Source: Escherichia coli
Lineage (GTDB): Bacteria; Pseudomonadota; Gammaproteobacteria; Enterobacterales; Enterobacteriaceae
Length of the DNA stretch: 64,000 nt
Assembly (NCBI RefSeq): GCF_051903065.1
Contig: NZ_CP178438.1
Strand: one strand, 5' to 3'
Both the position numbers and the translations under genes were made by a program. The notes under the pieces were generated by a model. The model was not told the origin of the DNA, ran no database searches, and saw only the letters and a program-made list of their open reading frames with translations. This document shows positions 46,013-57,212 of the stretch, one piece after another. Position 1 is the first letter of the stretch. Every line of letters starts with the position of its first letter.

Positions 46013-46414
46013 GTGGATTTCCTCAAAAGTCAGCAGGGCAAAAGCGCCAAAAAACGGCAGATTGCCGAAAAAGGCCGCAATTATACACAAAATCCCTGAG
46101 TTTGTCGGGGGTACTGCTGATTTTAGACGACGATCGTTTTCATTTGAAAGAAAACGCAAAAAGAAAATAATCTTTTTGCCTCCATTTATTATTTAAGATA
46201 AGGTTAATGCTCTACTTGTTCTTTTTTTTTATTCACATGATATTTTTATCTTTCTGACGTTTTAAACGTATCGGAAGATGTTATTTATTCTAATAAAAAA
46301 CAACACTCTAAATATAAAATTATTTCTTGCAGTAATTATAAAAGCCGAAAACAGAACTCAAAAACAATCTGGCTAAATAAAAGTAATAAAATTTGCTTTA
46401 AGGAAGAATTTTCT

Positions 46415-48643
46415 ATGTACACACAGACCCTGTATGAGTTAAGTCAGGAGGCTGAACGGCTGTTACAGCTTTCTCGCCAACAGTTGCAGTTACTGGAAAA
46501 AATGCCTCTCTCTGTACCCGGAGACGATGCGCCACAACTGGCTTTACCCTGGAGTCAGCCTAATATCGCCGAGCGTCACGCGATGCTGAATAATGAGTTG
46601 CGTAAAATTTCCCGACTGGAAATGGTGCTGGCGATTGTCGGTACCATGAAAGCAGGGAAATCAACCACCATTAATGCCATTGTTGGTACGGAGGTACTGC
46701 CTAATCGCAATCGCCCAATGACTGCGCTGCCGACGCTTATTCGCCATACGCCCGGGCAAAAAGAACCGGTACTGCATTTTTCACATGTCGCACCAATCGA
46801 TTGTTTAATTCAAAAATTACAACAGCGCCTGCGTGATTGCGATATTAAGCATCTGACCGATGTGCTGGAAATAGATAAAGATATGCGTGCGCTTATGCAG
46901 CGGATCGAAAATGGCGTCGCTTTCGAAAAATATTATCTGGGTGCCCAGCCTATTTTTCATTGTCTGAAAAGTTTGAATGATTTAGTGCGACTGGCGAAGG
47001 CGCTGGACGTCGATTTTCCTTTTTCTGCTTACGCCGCCATTGAGCATATTCCCGTGATTGAAGTGGAGTTTGTCCATCTGGCGGGGCTGGAGAGTTATCC
47101 CGGTCAGTTGACGTTACTGGATACCCCCGGGCCAAATGAAGCCGGGCAACCGCATCTGCAAAAAATGCTTAACCAGCAGCTGGCTCGCGCCTCGGCGGTA
47201 CTGGCGGTGCTGGATTATACGCAACTGAAATCGATCTCCGATGAAGAGGTCCGTGAGGCGATTTTGGCGGTGGGGCAATCGGTGCCGCTGTATGTGCTGG
47301 TCAATAAGTTCGATCAACAGGATCGTAACAGTGACGACGCCGACCAGGTGCGGGCACTGATTTCCGGGACGCTGATGAAAGGCTGTATTACGCCACAGCA
47401 GATATTTCCGGTGTCGTCGATGTGGGGCTACCTGGCAAATCGGGCGCGCCATGAGTTAGCCAACAACGATAAGTTACCAGCGCCAGAGCAACAACGCTGG
47501 GTGGAAGATTTTGCCCATGCCGCGCTCGGCAGGCGCTGGCGTCATGCCGATCTGGCGGACCTCGAACATATTCGTCATGCTGCCGATCAGTTGTGGGAAG
47601 ATTCGCTGTTCGCCCAGCCAATTCAGGCGCTGCTTCATGCCGCTTACGCTAACGCCTCGTTGTATGCTCTGCGATCTGCCGCGCATAAACTGTTGAATTA
47701 TGCGCAGCAGGCGCGGGAATACCTGGATTTTCGTGCGCACGGGTTAAACGTCGCTTGTGAACAATTGCGGCAAAATATCCACCAGATCGAAGAAAGTTTG
47801 CAGCTATTGCAACTCAATCAGGCGCAGGTGAGCGGCGAGATTAAACATGAAATCGAGCTGGCCCTGACCTCCGCCAACCTCTTTCTGCGTCAACAGCAAG
47901 ATGCGCTGAATGCGCAGTTAGCCGCCTTGTTTCAGGATGATTCGGAGCCGTTAAGCGAGATTCGTACCCGCTGTGAGACACTGTTACAGACGGCGCAGAA
48001 CACCATCAGTCGCGACTTTACGCTGCGTTTTGCCGAGCTTGAATCCACCCTTTGCCGGGTGTTAACCGATGTTATTCGCCCCATTGAGCAACAAGTCAAA
48101 ATGGAATTGAGCGAGTCAGGGTTTCGTCCTGGGTTTCATTTTCCTGTTTTTCACGGCGTAGTTCCCCACTTCAACACTCGTCAGCTGTTCAGTGAAGTCA
48201 TTTCGCGCCAGGAAGCAACGGACGAGCAGAGCACGCGTTTAGGCGTTGTGCGTGAGACTTTTTCGCGCTGGTTGAATCAGCCTGACTGGGGACGGGGAAA
48301 TGAGAAATCCCCGACAGAAACGGTTGATTACAGTGTGTTGCAACGAGCATTAAGCGCAGAAGTCGATCTTTATTGCCAACAAATGGCTAAAGTTCTGGCA
48401 GAGCAGGTCGATGAATCTGTTACGGCAGGCATGAATACTTTTTTCGCTGAGTTCGCTTCATGTTTGACGGAATTACAGACGCGTTTACGCGAAAGTCTGG
48501 CTCTGCGTCAACAAAATGAATCGGTGGTCAGGCTGATGCAACAGCAATTGCAGCAGACTGTGATGACTCACGGCTGGATTTACACCGACGCTCAGCTGTT
48601 ACGCGATGATATTCAAACACTTTTCACGGCAGAACGATATTGA
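46415..48643 (+). CDS. crfC: dynamin-like GTPase CrfC (YjdA)
   Basis: 742 aa; P-loop GTMKAGKST near N-terminus; long coiled-coil-rich C-terminal region. Confidence 0.9.
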   Translation: MYTQTLYELSQEAERLLQLSRQQLQLLEKMPLSVPGDDAPQLALPWSQPNIAERHAMLNNELRKISRLEMVLAIVGTMKAGKSTTINAIVGTEVLPNRNRPMTALPTLIRHTPGQKEPVLHFSHVAPIDCLIQKLQQRLRDCDIKHLTDVLEIDKDMRALMQRIENGVAFEKYYLGAQPIFHCLKSLNDLVRLAKALDVDFPFSAYAAIEHIPVIEVEFVHLAGLESYPGQLTLLDTPGPNEAGQPHLQKMLNQQLARASAVLAVLDYTQLKSISDEEVREAILAVGQSVPLYVLVNKFDQQDRNSDDADQVRALISGTLMKGCITPQQIFPVSSMWGYLANRARHELANNDKLPAPEQQRWVEDFAHAALGRRWRHADLADLEHIRHAADQLWEDSLFAQPIQALLHAAYANASLYALRSAAHKLLNYAQQAREYLDFRAHGLNVACEQLRQNIHQIEESLQLLQLNQAQVSGEIKHEIELALTSANLFLRQQQDALNAQLAALFQDDSEPLSEIRTRCETLLQTAQNTISRDFTLRFAELESTLCRVLTDVIRPIEQQVKMELSESGFRPGFHFPVFHGVVPHFNTRQLFSEVISRQEATDEQSTRLGVVRETFSRWLNQPDWGRGNEKSPTETVDYSVLQRALSAEVDLYCQQMAKVLAEQVDESVTAGMNTFFAEFASCLTELQTRLRESLALRQQNESVVRLMQQQLQQTVMTHGWIYTDAQLLRDDIQTLFTAERY

Positions 48644-49518
48644 CCAAGACGTTACTGGACGGCCCCGGTCGCGTGCTGGAGTCGGTTTATCCCCGCTTTT
48701 TAGTGGATCTGGCGCAGGGCGATGATGCCCGCCTTCCACAAGCCCATCAGCAGCAGTTTCGTGAACGACTGATGCAGGAACTTCTTGCGCGCGTGCAGCT
48801 TCAGACATGGACGAACGGCGGGATGTTAAATGCGCCGCTTAGTCTGCGTCTGACATTGGTGGAAAAACTGGCGTCGATGCTGGATCCCGGTCATCTGGCA
48901 CTGACGCAGATCGCGCAGCATCTGGCGCTGCTGCAAAAAATGGATCACCGCCAGCACTCTGCTTTCCCGGAGCTCCCCCAGCAAATTGCCGCCTTGTATG
49001 AGTGGTTTTCAGCCCGTTGTCGCTGGAAGGAAAAGGCGTTAACGCAACGAGGCCTACTGGTGCAGGCGGGTGAACAGAGCGAGCAAATTTTTACCCGCTG
49101 GCGTGCTGGGGCGTATAACGCCTGGTCGTTGCCTGGGCGCTGTTTTATCGTTCTCGAAGAGTTGCGTTGGGGGGCATTTGGCGATGCCTGTCGTCTGGGA
49201 AGCCCGCAAGCGGTGGCGTTGTTGCTGGGTGATTTGCGCGTGAAAGCGACACAACATCTGGCAGAGAGTATCAATGCGGCCCCGACCACGCGTCACTATT
49301 ACCATCAGTGGTTTGCCTCTTCGACCGTTCCGACGGGCGGGGATCATGCTGATTTTTTAAGTTGGCTGGGAAAGTGGACCACGGCAGATAAACAACCCGT
49401 TTGCTGGTCAGTGACCCAACGCTGGCAAACTGTCGCGCTGGGGATGCCACGACTCTGTTCAGCGCAGCGTCTGGCGGGGGCAATGCTCGAGGAAATCTTC
49501 TCTGTAAATTTGGTGTAA
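48640..49518 (+). CDS. yjcZ: YjcZ, CrfC-associated protein of unknown function
   Basis: 292 aa; ATGA overlap with crfC stop. Confidence 0.85.
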   Translation: MTKTLLDGPGRVLESVYPRFLVDLAQGDDARLPQAHQQQFRERLMQELLARVQLQTWTNGGMLNAPLSLRLTLVEKLASMLDPGHLALTQIAQHLALLQKMDHRQHSAFPELPQQIAALYEWFSARCRWKEKALTQRGLLVQAGEQSEQIFTRWRAGAYNAWSLPGRCFIVLEELRWGAFGDACRLGSPQAVALLLGDLRVKATQHLAESINAAPTTRHYYHQWFASSTVPTGGDHADFLSWLGKWTTADKQPVCWSVTQRWQTVALGMPRLCSAQRLAGAMLEEIFSVNLV

Positions 49519-49556
49519 ATAATCAGTTACATCAATGAGTCCTAAACGAAATCCAT

Positions 49557-49572
49557 GTGTGAAGTTGATCAC
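49557..49572. promoter_or_regulatory. CRP binding site in proP promoter region
   Basis: Perfect TGTGA-agttga-TCACA palindrome about 210 bp upstream of proP ATG. Confidence 0.7.
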
Positions 49573-49781
49573 AAATTTAAACGCTGGTAGGGTAAAAAGG
49601 TCATTAACTGCCCAATTCAGGCGTCAACTGGTTTGATTGTACATTCCTTAACCGGAGGGTGTAAGCAAACCCGCTACGCTTGTTACAGAGATTGCATCCT
49701 GCAATTCCCGCTCCCCTTTTGCGGCCGTCGCGCTGATTTTTCTGGCGTTTGCGGAAATGGGCCAACTCTGCGAGGAAAGCT

Positions 49782-51284
49782 ATGCTGAAAAGGAAAAAAG
49801 TAAAACCAATTACCCTTCGTGATGTCACCATTATTGATGACGGTAAACTGCGGAAAGCCATTACCGCAGCATCACTGGGTAATGCAATGGAATGGTTCGA
49901 TTTTGGTGTTTATGGTTTTGTTGCTTACGCATTAGGTAAAGTTTTTTTCCCGGGGGCTGACCCCAGCGTGCAGATGGTTGCTGCACTTGCCACGTTCTCC
50001 GTTCCCTTTCTGATTCGACCGCTTGGCGGACTCTTCTTTGGTATGTTGGGCGATAAATATGGTCGCCAGAAGATCCTCGCTATCACTATTGTGATTATGT
50101 CGATCAGTACGTTCTGTATTGGCTTAATACCGTCCTACGACACGATTGGTATTTGGGCACCGATTCTGCTGTTGATCTGTAAGATGGCACAAGGTTTCTC
50201 GGTCGGCGGTGAATATACCGGGGCGTCGATATTTGTTGCGGAATACTCCCCTGACCGTAAACGTGGCTTTATGGGCAGCTGGCTGGACTTCGGTTCTATT
50301 GCCGGGTTTGTGCTGGGTGCGGGCGTGGTGGTGTTAATTTCGACCATTGTCGGCGAAGCGAACTTCCTCGACTGGGGCTGGCGTATTCCGTTCTTTATTG
50401 CTCTGCCGTTAGGGATTATCGGGCTTTACCTGCGCCATGCGCTGGAAGAAACTCCGGCGTTCCAGCAGCATGTTGATAAACTGGAACAGGGCGACCGCGA
50501 AGGTTTGCAGGATGGCCCGAAAGTCTCGTTTAAAGAGATTGCCACTAAATACTGGCGCAGCCTGTTGACATGTATTGGTCTGGTAATTGCCACCAACGTG
50601 ACTTACTACATGTTGCTGACCTATATGCCGAGTTATTTGTCGCATAACCTGCATTACTCCGAAGACCACGGGGTGCTGATTATTATCGCCATTATGATCG
50701 GTATGCTGTTTGTCCAGCCGGTGATGGGCTTGCTGAGTGACCGTTTTGGCCGTCGTCCGTTTGTGCTACTTGGTAGTGTTGCACTGTTTGTGTTGGCGAT
50801 CCCGGCGTTTATTCTGATTAACAGTAACGTCATCGGCCTGATTTTTGCCGGGTTACTGATGCTGGCGGTGATCCTTAACTGCTTTACGGGCGTTATGGCT
50901 TCTACCTTGCCAGCGATGTTCCCGACGCATATCCGTTACAGCGCGCTGGCGGCGGCATTTAATATTTCGGTGCTGGTTGCCGGTCTGACGCCAACATTGG
51001 CGGCCTGGCTGGTCGAAAGCTCGCAGAATCTGATGATGCCAGCCTATTACCTGATGGTAGTGGCGGTGGTTGGTTTAATCACCGGCGTAACCATGAAAGA
51101 GACGGCAAATCGTCCGTTGAAAGGTGCAACACCGGCGGCGTCAGATATACAGGAAGCGAAGGAAATTCTCGTCGAGCATTACGATAATATCGAGCAGAAA
51201 ATCGATGATATTGACCACGAGATTGCCGATTTGCAGGCGAAACGTACCCGCCTGGTGCAGCAACATCCGCGAATTGATGAATAA
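49782..51284 (+). CDS. proP: osmosensing proline/glycine betaine:proton symporter ProP (MFS)
   Basis: 500 aa from ATG 49782 (MLKRKKVKPITLRDVTIIDD); C-terminal coiled-coil IDDIDHEIADLQAKRTRL; ORF track starts 11 codons upstream. Confidence 0.95.
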   Translation: MLKRKKVKPITLRDVTIIDDGKLRKAITAASLGNAMEWFDFGVYGFVAYALGKVFFPGADPSVQMVAALATFSVPFLIRPLGGLFFGMLGDKYGRQKILAITIVIMSISTFCIGLIPSYDTIGIWAPILLLICKMAQGFSVGGEYTGASIFVAEYSPDRKRGFMGSWLDFGSIAGFVLGAGVVVLISTIVGEANFLDWGWRIPFFIALPLGIIGLYLRHALEETPAFQQHVDKLEQGDREGLQDGPKVSFKEIATKYWRSLLTCIGLVIATNVTYYMLLTYMPSYLSHNLHYSEDHGVLIIIAIMIGMLFVQPVMGLLSDRFGRRPFVLLGSVALFVLAIPAFILINSNVIGLIFAGLLMLAVILNCFTGVMASTLPAMFPTHIRYSALAAAFNISVLVAGLTPTLAAWLVESSQNLMMPAYYLMVVAVVGLITGVTMKETANRPLKGATPAASDIQEAKEILVEHYDNIEQKIDDIDHEIADLQAKRTRLVQQHPRIDE

Positions 51285-51337
51285 GCTGAAACGGATGGCC
51301 TGATGTGACGCTGTCTTATCAGACCAACAATTGAACT

Positions 51338-51354
51338 CTTAAGGTTCACTTAAT
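51338..51354 (+). promoter_or_regulatory. PmrA (BasR) box upstream of pmrR
   Basis: CTTAAG-gttca-CTTAAT direct repeat, 45 bp upstream of pmrR ATG. Confidence 0.65.
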
Positions 51355-51398
51355 CTCTGACGCGCATACTCTCCTCCAGGTTAACGGAGGAGAGTGCA

Positions 51399-51488
51399 AT
51401 GAAAAACCGTGTTTATGAAAGTTTAACTACCGTGTTCAGCGTGCTGGTGGTCAGCAGCTTTCTTTATATCTGGTTTGCCACGTACTGA
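51399..51488 (+). CDS. pmrR: small membrane protein PmrR (29 aa)
   Basis: Hand-translated ATG 51399 to TGA 51488 gives MKNRVYESLTTVFSVLVVSSFLYIWFATY; GGAGG Shine-Dalgarno; PmrA box upstream; below the ORF-track size cut-off. Confidence 0.75.
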   Translation: MKNRVYESLTTVFSVLVVSSFLYIWFATY

Positions 51489-52555
51489 TCTTTCTTCAGC
51501 CGTATCCAGGCGCGCGTGCCAGAAGTCTCTTGCCGGTTTTGCAGGAAAAACTGCCCGTGATGCAACTGTGTAATGCGGCTGACAATACTTAACCCCAGAC
51601 CAATCCCGCCATAACGGCTGTCCATTCGTACAAACGCTTTACTCAACTCCCCGCATTTACTCTCATCAATACCCGGTCCTTCATCTTCAACGGCCATGAC
51701 CGCTCCGTCATCTTCTTGCAGCTTAATCATAATGTTGCTGCCTTGCGGGCTGTAACGATGGGCGTTTTCTACCAGATTTCGCAATAACATCCGCAGCAGG
51801 GTTGCATCACCCTGAACGGTGATGTCGGCGGTGCTCTCTGGCAATAGCAGGGTTTGCTGTCGCTGGTCGAGCATGGTACTGAGTTCGTCATACGAGGGGA
51901 GAATGACATCTTCCAGCAGTTTTACATGTTGATAATTACCGGAAGAAAATGACTGTCCGGCACGCGCCAGTTGCAGCAGCTGGGAGACGCTCTCCATCAT
52001 CTGATCAAGCCGTGCCACTAACGGTGCTACATCAATGTGATGCGTTTTCGCCAGCAGTTCCAGATGCAAACGTACCCCCGCCAGTGGCGTTCGCAGTTCG
52101 TGCGCGACGTCAGCGGTAAACAACCTTTCGTTATCCAGCGTGCTGGTCAGGCGACTGACCAGATCGTTTAACGCCGAAACCACCGCTTCGATTTCGAGGG
52201 TGGCGCTGTGAATGGCAATGGGCGTTAAGTTGTCGGCGGTGCGCGCTTCCAGCTCTTTTTGCAGCTCCGCCAGCGGGCGGGTGATGCGGCGTACCGCCTG
52301 ATAGCAGATAAATAGCGTCAGGCTGACCATAAAGACGCCGGGGACAATCAGGCTGGCGACCGCCTCGCGGATCTCACGCATGATGTGGCGATCGTTGTTG
52401 CGATTGTCGCGTAGCGCCTGCTCAAACAGCTGAATCTGCTCGGTACTTTCATGCCATAGCCAGAAGACGCTGATCAGCTCAAACACCAACAAAATGGCCC
52501 CGATGGTCAATATCAGCCGTTGGCGCAGCGATATTGGTCGGCGCAGAAAACGCAT
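51464..52555 (-). CDS. basS: sensor histidine kinase BasS (PmrB)
   Basis: 363 aa from ATG 52555 (MRFLRRPISLRQRLILTIG); HisKA H-box DVAHELRTP; 3' end overlaps pmrR on the opposite strand. Confidence 0.92.
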   Translation of the reverse strand: MRFLRRPISLRQRLILTIGAILLVFELISVFWLWHESTEQIQLFEQALRDNRNNDRHIMREIREAVASLIVPGVFMVSLTLFICYQAVRRITRPLAELQKELEARTADNLTPIAIHSATLEIEAVVSALNDLVSRLTSTLDNERLFTADVAHELRTPLAGVRLHLELLAKTHHIDVAPLVARLDQMMESVSQLLQLARAGQSFSSGNYQHVKLLEDVILPSYDELSTMLDQRQQTLLLPESTADITVQGDATLLRMLLRNLVENAHRYSPQGSNIMIKLQEDDGAVMAVEDEGPGIDESKCGELSKAFVRMDSRYGGIGLGLSIVSRITQLHHGQFFLQNRQETSGTRAWIRLKKDQYVANQI

Positions 52556-52564
52556 CAGATTCAA

Positions 52565-53233
52565 TTAGTTTTCCTCATTCGCGACCAGCATATAGCCAAA
52601 GCCGCGCACGGTGCGGATACGGGCTTTGCCCACTTTGTCGCGCAGATTGTGGATATGCACTTCCAGGGTGTTGGTCGAGGGTTCATTGTCCCAGTTATAG
52701 ATGTCGTTGTAGAGAATTTCCCGATGCACCGGACTGCCTGCTTTGAGCATTAACCGTGACAGCAGAGCATATTCTTTGGGCGTCAGAATCAACTCTTCAC
52801 CGCCCATCCATACCTGACGCCGACCCATGTTCAGCGTCAGATTGCCAACAATCAGCTCACTTTCGCCCTGATTATTATGGCGTCGTAGCAGGGCGCGGAT
52901 ACGGGCATGTAACTCTTCCAGCGCAAAAGGCTTCACCAGATAGTCGTCGGCACCGACATCCAGCCCGGCGATTTTGTCGGTCAGCGTATCGCGAGCGGTG
53001 AGGATCAGTACCGGCAGGGTATATTTTTTCTGCCGGATACGGGCGAGAAAATGCAGTCCATCTTCGTCGGGTAACCCTAAATCCAGTACCACCAGGCTGT
53101 AATGACCTGCCTCAAGGCTTTGTTCCGCCATCCGCGCGGTTGTCACGCCATCGCACGCGTAGCCTTCGGTTTGCGCCGCCAGAATCAGTCCCTGCAATAA
53201 CAGCGTATCGTCTTCAACAATCAGAATTTTCAT
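52565..53233 (-). CDS. basR: response regulator BasR (PmrA)
   Basis: 222 aa; [16 protein letters not shown] receiver domain and winged-helix C-terminus. Confidence 0.95.
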   Translation of the reverse strand: MKILIVEDDTLLLQGLILAAQTEGYACDGVTTARMAEQSLEAGHYSLVVLDLGLPDEDGLHFLARIRQKKYTLPVLILTARDTLTDKIAGLDVGADDYLVKPFALEELHARIRALLRRHNNQGESELIVGNLTLNMGRRQVWMGGEELILTPKEYALLSRLMLKAGSPVHREILYNDIYNWDNEPSTNTLEVHIHNLRDKVGKARIRTVRGFGYMLVANEEN

Positions 53234-54873
53234 TCACTCACTCTCCTGCAAGTTTGCAGAATATCATCCGCAGCCTGGTAATACTTCGTCTCAACGCCAG
53301 TTAATCCCAATAGCGTGGAGAATAAATTGTCTTGTGAATAGTGTTGCGTTTGCGCCTGTTTTTGCAGGCAGTTCTGGTCAACCTGATACCGTTTTTGATA
53401 ATCCTCCGACAGCCACAGCAGCATCGGCACCTGTTTTTGGCTATCCGGGGCGATGGCATAAGGCAGACCGTGCAGATAGATGCCATTTTCACCTAACGAT
53501 TCACCGTGGTCAGAAAGATAAACCAGGCTGGTGGTAAATTTATCCTGATGTTCTTTCAGCAGATTAATCGCTTTATCAACAATATAGTCGACGTAAACCA
53601 GCGTGTTGTCGTAAGTGTTCACCAGTTGCTCTTTGGTACAGGTCTGGATCTCATTGGTGTCGCAGGTTGGGGTAAATTTCCTGAACTGCGGCGGATAGCG
53701 GTTGTAATAGGTCGGACCGTGGCTGCCGATGGTGTGTAAGACAATCACGCCATCACCCTGCAGGTTATTGATGTACTCTTCCAGCCCGTGGAACAGCACT
53801 TCGTCATAGCATTCGCCGTTGATGCACTGACCAGGCAGATTCAGCGCGGTGACGTTCTGGTGAGGCACGCGGTCGCAGGCACCTTTACAGCCCCCATCGT
53901 TGTCATTCCACAGCACGTTGATGCCCGCTCGCTGAATGATATCCAGCACGCCTTCCTGGTGCTGTGCCAGCTCTTCTTTGTAATGCTCACGCGGCATATC
54001 CGAGAACATGCACGGTACTGAAACTGCCGTTGCCGTGCCGCAAGATGCGGTATTAGGGAAATAGACCACGTTATCTTTCGCCAACCGCGGGTTAGTTTCA
54101 CGCGGGTAGCCGTTGAGGGAGAAGTTCTCCGCCCGCGAGGTTTCGCCGACAATCAGGATGGTCAAATTTTTACGTTTTTCGTTCTGCATTAACGGGTTGC
54201 GGTGCGCGTCTTCACCAATTCGCACCAGCGGCAGATTTGCCAGTCGCTGATGGGAGTACCATGACCAGCTGGCAACAATGCTGTTAGAGGGGCTTAAGGA
54301 CTTCACCAGCTCTTTGTTGTTGCGGAACAACGAGGCGTAGTCTTTATAAAATAGTGCGGCGACCAGCAAAATCAGCAGTACAGAAACCAGAATATTGGCT
54401 CCACGGAAAAGAACACTGCGCAGACGCGAGGTGGCAGGTTTGATTTTTATCCAGCAGGCAATCAGCGCAGCAAGCACGCCGCTGAATCCCAGCGTTAATA
54501 ACATTTGCGGTGTCATCAACGCATAACTTTCTGCCGGAGTGGTATCAATAATATTGGCAATCATCGAGCGGTCGATGACGATGCCGTAAGTCATTATGAA
54601 ATATTGTGCAGCCGCGCCAACCAGAATAAACAGGCAGGCCAGCGGTCGATTAAGCCATAAGAAAGAGCTTAGTGTCAGGACAATATTAATCACGCTGAAG
54701 GCGACGACCGGCATCGACAAGAAAACCAGTACGTTATGCAGCGAGTCCAGCGGCAGCGCCTGCAACACCTGTTTAAAAAAGGCAATATTCAGGCAGATAG
54801 AGATATAAAAAGCGGCCAACAATAGCCAGGCGAGTAAATTCAAAGAGGGTCTTTTTAGTAGGCGCTTCAACAT
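53230..54873 (-). CDS. eptA: lipid A phosphoethanolamine transferase EptA (PmrC)
   Basis: 547 aa from ATG 54873 ([18 protein letters not shown]); N-terminal TM helices and sulfatase-like domain; overlaps basR start. Confidence 0.93.
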   Translation of the reverse strand: MLKRLLKRPSLNLLAWLLLAAFYISICLNIAFFKQVLQALPLDSLHNVLVFLSMPVVAFSVINIVLTLSSFLWLNRPLACLFILVGAAAQYFIMTYGIVIDRSMIANIIDTTPAESYALMTPQMLLTLGFSGVLAALIACWIKIKPATSRLRSVLFRGANILVSVLLILLVAALFYKDYASLFRNNKELVKSLSPSNSIVASWSWYSHQRLANLPLVRIGEDAHRNPLMQNEKRKNLTILIVGETSRAENFSLNGYPRETNPRLAKDNVVYFPNTASCGTATAVSVPCMFSDMPREHYKEELAQHQEGVLDIIQRAGINVLWNDNDGGCKGACDRVPHQNVTALNLPGQCINGECYDEVLFHGLEEYINNLQGDGVIVLHTIGSHGPTYYNRYPPQFRKFTPTCDTNEIQTCTKEQLVNTYDNTLVYVDYIVDKAINLLKEHQDKFTTSLVYLSDHGESLGENGIYLHGLPYAIAPDSQKQVPMLLWLSEDYQKRYQVDQNCLQKQAQTQHYSQDNLFSTLLGLTGVETKYYQAADDILQTCRRVSE

Positions 54874-54919
54874 CACGGTGTTTCCATCGAACAAAGTGCG
54901 CATATGCTCGCAAAGCAAA

Positions 54920-54936
54920 ATTAAGCCAACCTTAAG
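54920..54936 (-). promoter_or_regulatory. PmrA (BasR) box of eptA promoter
   Basis: Minus strand CTTAAG-gttgg-CTTAAT, 47-63 bp upstream of eptA ATG. Confidence 0.65.
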
Positions 54937-54950
54937 TTCTTAAGGTTGGC
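54925..54950 (-). terminator. hairpin terminator downstream of adiC (overlaps PmrA box)
   Basis: Palindrome gccaaccttaag-tt-cttaaggttggc followed on the minus strand by UUAAUUUUGCUUU. Confidence 0.55.
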
Positions 54951-54976
54951 TTTTATCTTTGCTGGATTAAGGGGAA

Positions 54977-56314
54977 TTAATCTTTGCTTATTGGTGCATC
55001 TAAGGGATACGGGTTTTTATGCAGCCGGTTGTAATTCAGCGCATACATGGCGGTGATGACCATCAGGGTGACAAATGACCACATAACCTCTTTCGCCCCG
55101 GACCCCACCACGGCCCAGATGCAGTAGAGGAAGGCAATGGTAGTAACTGCCAGATATGCCGGGCGTGCTTTACCAAAGTGACCGTGTCCGAGCAGCAGTA
55201 ACGCCGCACAGGTGTAAAGATATGGCACCAGTGTAAAGATGACCGACACGGAAGAAACCAGACCGAATTCTTTGGTCGCGTTTGGTGAAATGCTGCTGAG
55301 CTGGAAGATGGTCATCAAAATACCGACGATAATCAGCCCCGCCACTGGCGTACCCGCTTTATTTACACGGGCAAAAATCGGTGGGAACAGTCCGTCATCG
55401 GCAGCGGCTTTCGCCGTTTGACCCGCCAGCAATGTCCAGCCGCCCAGTGAACCTAAGCAACCCGCAGCTGCGCAGAAGGAAACAATAGCCCCGGCGGTGT
55501 CACCCAACGCCATCCGTGCGGCATCACCGAATGGCGAGGCAGAAACGCGCAGTGCGGCATTAGGGATCATCCCCATAATCGCGGTGGTGGAGAGCACATA
55601 GCAAACGGCGGCAATCAATACCCCACCAATGGTGGCTATAGGGACGTTGCGTTTCGGGTTTTTCACCACACCTGCGGCAACGGAGGCACTTTCCACACCG
55701 ATGAACGACCACAGCGTAACGTTAAGGGTACTTTGAATTGCACCGAAGGTGCCCAGGCCGCTGACGTTCCATGCCGCCATATAGGTTTCACCACGAAACC
55801 AGAACCAGCCAAATACGGCAATCCCGACGATGGGGATCAGCGCCAGCACGGTGGCAACGGCCTGCACACGGGTGATCATTTTCGGACCGACAATGTTCAG
55901 CAGGACGAAGATCCACAGCACCACGACGCAGGTGATGGTTAATACCAATGGATCTTTCAGAATCGGGAAGAAGTAACTTAAATATCCTACGCCAATGACC
56001 ACCATGGCGATATTGCCGATCCAGCAGGCCAGCCAGTAGAGGACGTTGGTTTGATAACCGAGAAACGGGCCAAAGCAGCGGCGGGCGTAAGCGTAAGAAC
56101 CACCAGGACTTGGGTCGAGGAACGACATTTTGGCGTATACCATCGAGAGCCCCAGCGCACCGATAATCGTCACCAACCATCCATAAATGGCAATCCCGCC
56201 AGTGGAGGCCAGGTTTGCAGGTAACAGAAAAACACCTGACCCCATAATATTCCCCGACACCATCAGGGTGACGGGGATTAAGCCCACTTTGTGAGCATCA
56301 GCATCCGAAGACAT
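54977..56314 (-). CDS. adiC: arginine:agmatine antiporter AdiC
   Basis: 445 aa APC-family transporter; [29 protein letters not shown]. Confidence 0.95.
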
Positions 56315-56450
56315 AATTAAACTCCTGCGAAGGCGAGCTTCGTGACAATAAATTACGTCATATCATACGCCTGCATTCGATAGTTGAATTATTATCGACC
56401 GGGTTATCGCTGATGCCGTTATTAATATAGCTCTTCGTTAAGGTTAAAAA

Positions 56451-57212
56451 TCAGGCGACAGTGCGTTCTCTGTGCTGACTAACATAATGCAGCGGCGTCA
56501 TACCGTAGAAGTCTTTAAAGACAGAAATAAAGTACGACGTACTGTTGTAGCCGCAGGACTGTGATACCTGAGAGATATTTTTACCGTCCATCATTAATTC
56601 ATTTACGGCATAACGCATGCGGCAGGTGGTGATTATTTGGCTATAACTGGTGTTTTCGCTTTTCAGCTTTTTCTTTAACAGACTTGGGCTAAGACATAAA
56701 CAACTGGCTACCATACTAAGATTCCAGTCTTTGTGAATATCGCTTTCAATAATTTGATAAACGCTGTCACTTACACAATTACGTAACATATACATCATTA
56801 ATGAAAGGAATTTTTTACTGTCGAGAAAACGGGATAGCACCGTGAATAATAATGCGCGTGTTCGTTCCTTTTCTGACTCAGTTTCTGCGGGCATCATGCT
56901 GTGTTGCGCGGCAACGCGAAAGACGTCTGGTGTCAGGCATGGCAGGGTGAGGATGGGCGTAGCGCTACGTTGCCATACTGGTATTTGCGAGAGATCTTTA
57001 TTCAGAAACCGGAGGTAATCTTTGATGATGTCGTGACTAATATGAGCAACCAAAGTGTTGTTAAGAGAGGAGACGTCGATAATATTATTTTCACAATTTA
57101 ATAACGCCATATGGTTAGCTTTAAGGCTAATAGGTTCTTTCCCATTCACCCTTATCCAGACATCTTTTTCAGTCAATAAAACAATACAAGGTTGGTCGCT
57201 GCAAATCCTCAT
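56451..57212 (-). CDS. adiY: AraC-family transcriptional activator AdiY
   Basis: 253 aa; C-terminal AraC HTH; between adiC and adiA. Confidence 0.93.
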   Translation of the reverse strand: MRICSDQPCIVLLTEKDVWIRVNGKEPISLKANHMALLNCENNIIDVSSLNNTLVAHISHDIIKDYLRFLNKDLSQIPVWQRSATPILTLPCLTPDVFRVAAQHSMMPAETESEKERTRALLFTVLSRFLDSKKFLSLMMYMLRNCVSDSVYQIIESDIHKDWNLSMVASCLCLSPSLLKKKLKSENTSYSQIITTCRMRYAVNELMMDGKNISQVSQSCGYNSTSYFISVFKDFYGMTPLHYVSQHRERTVA

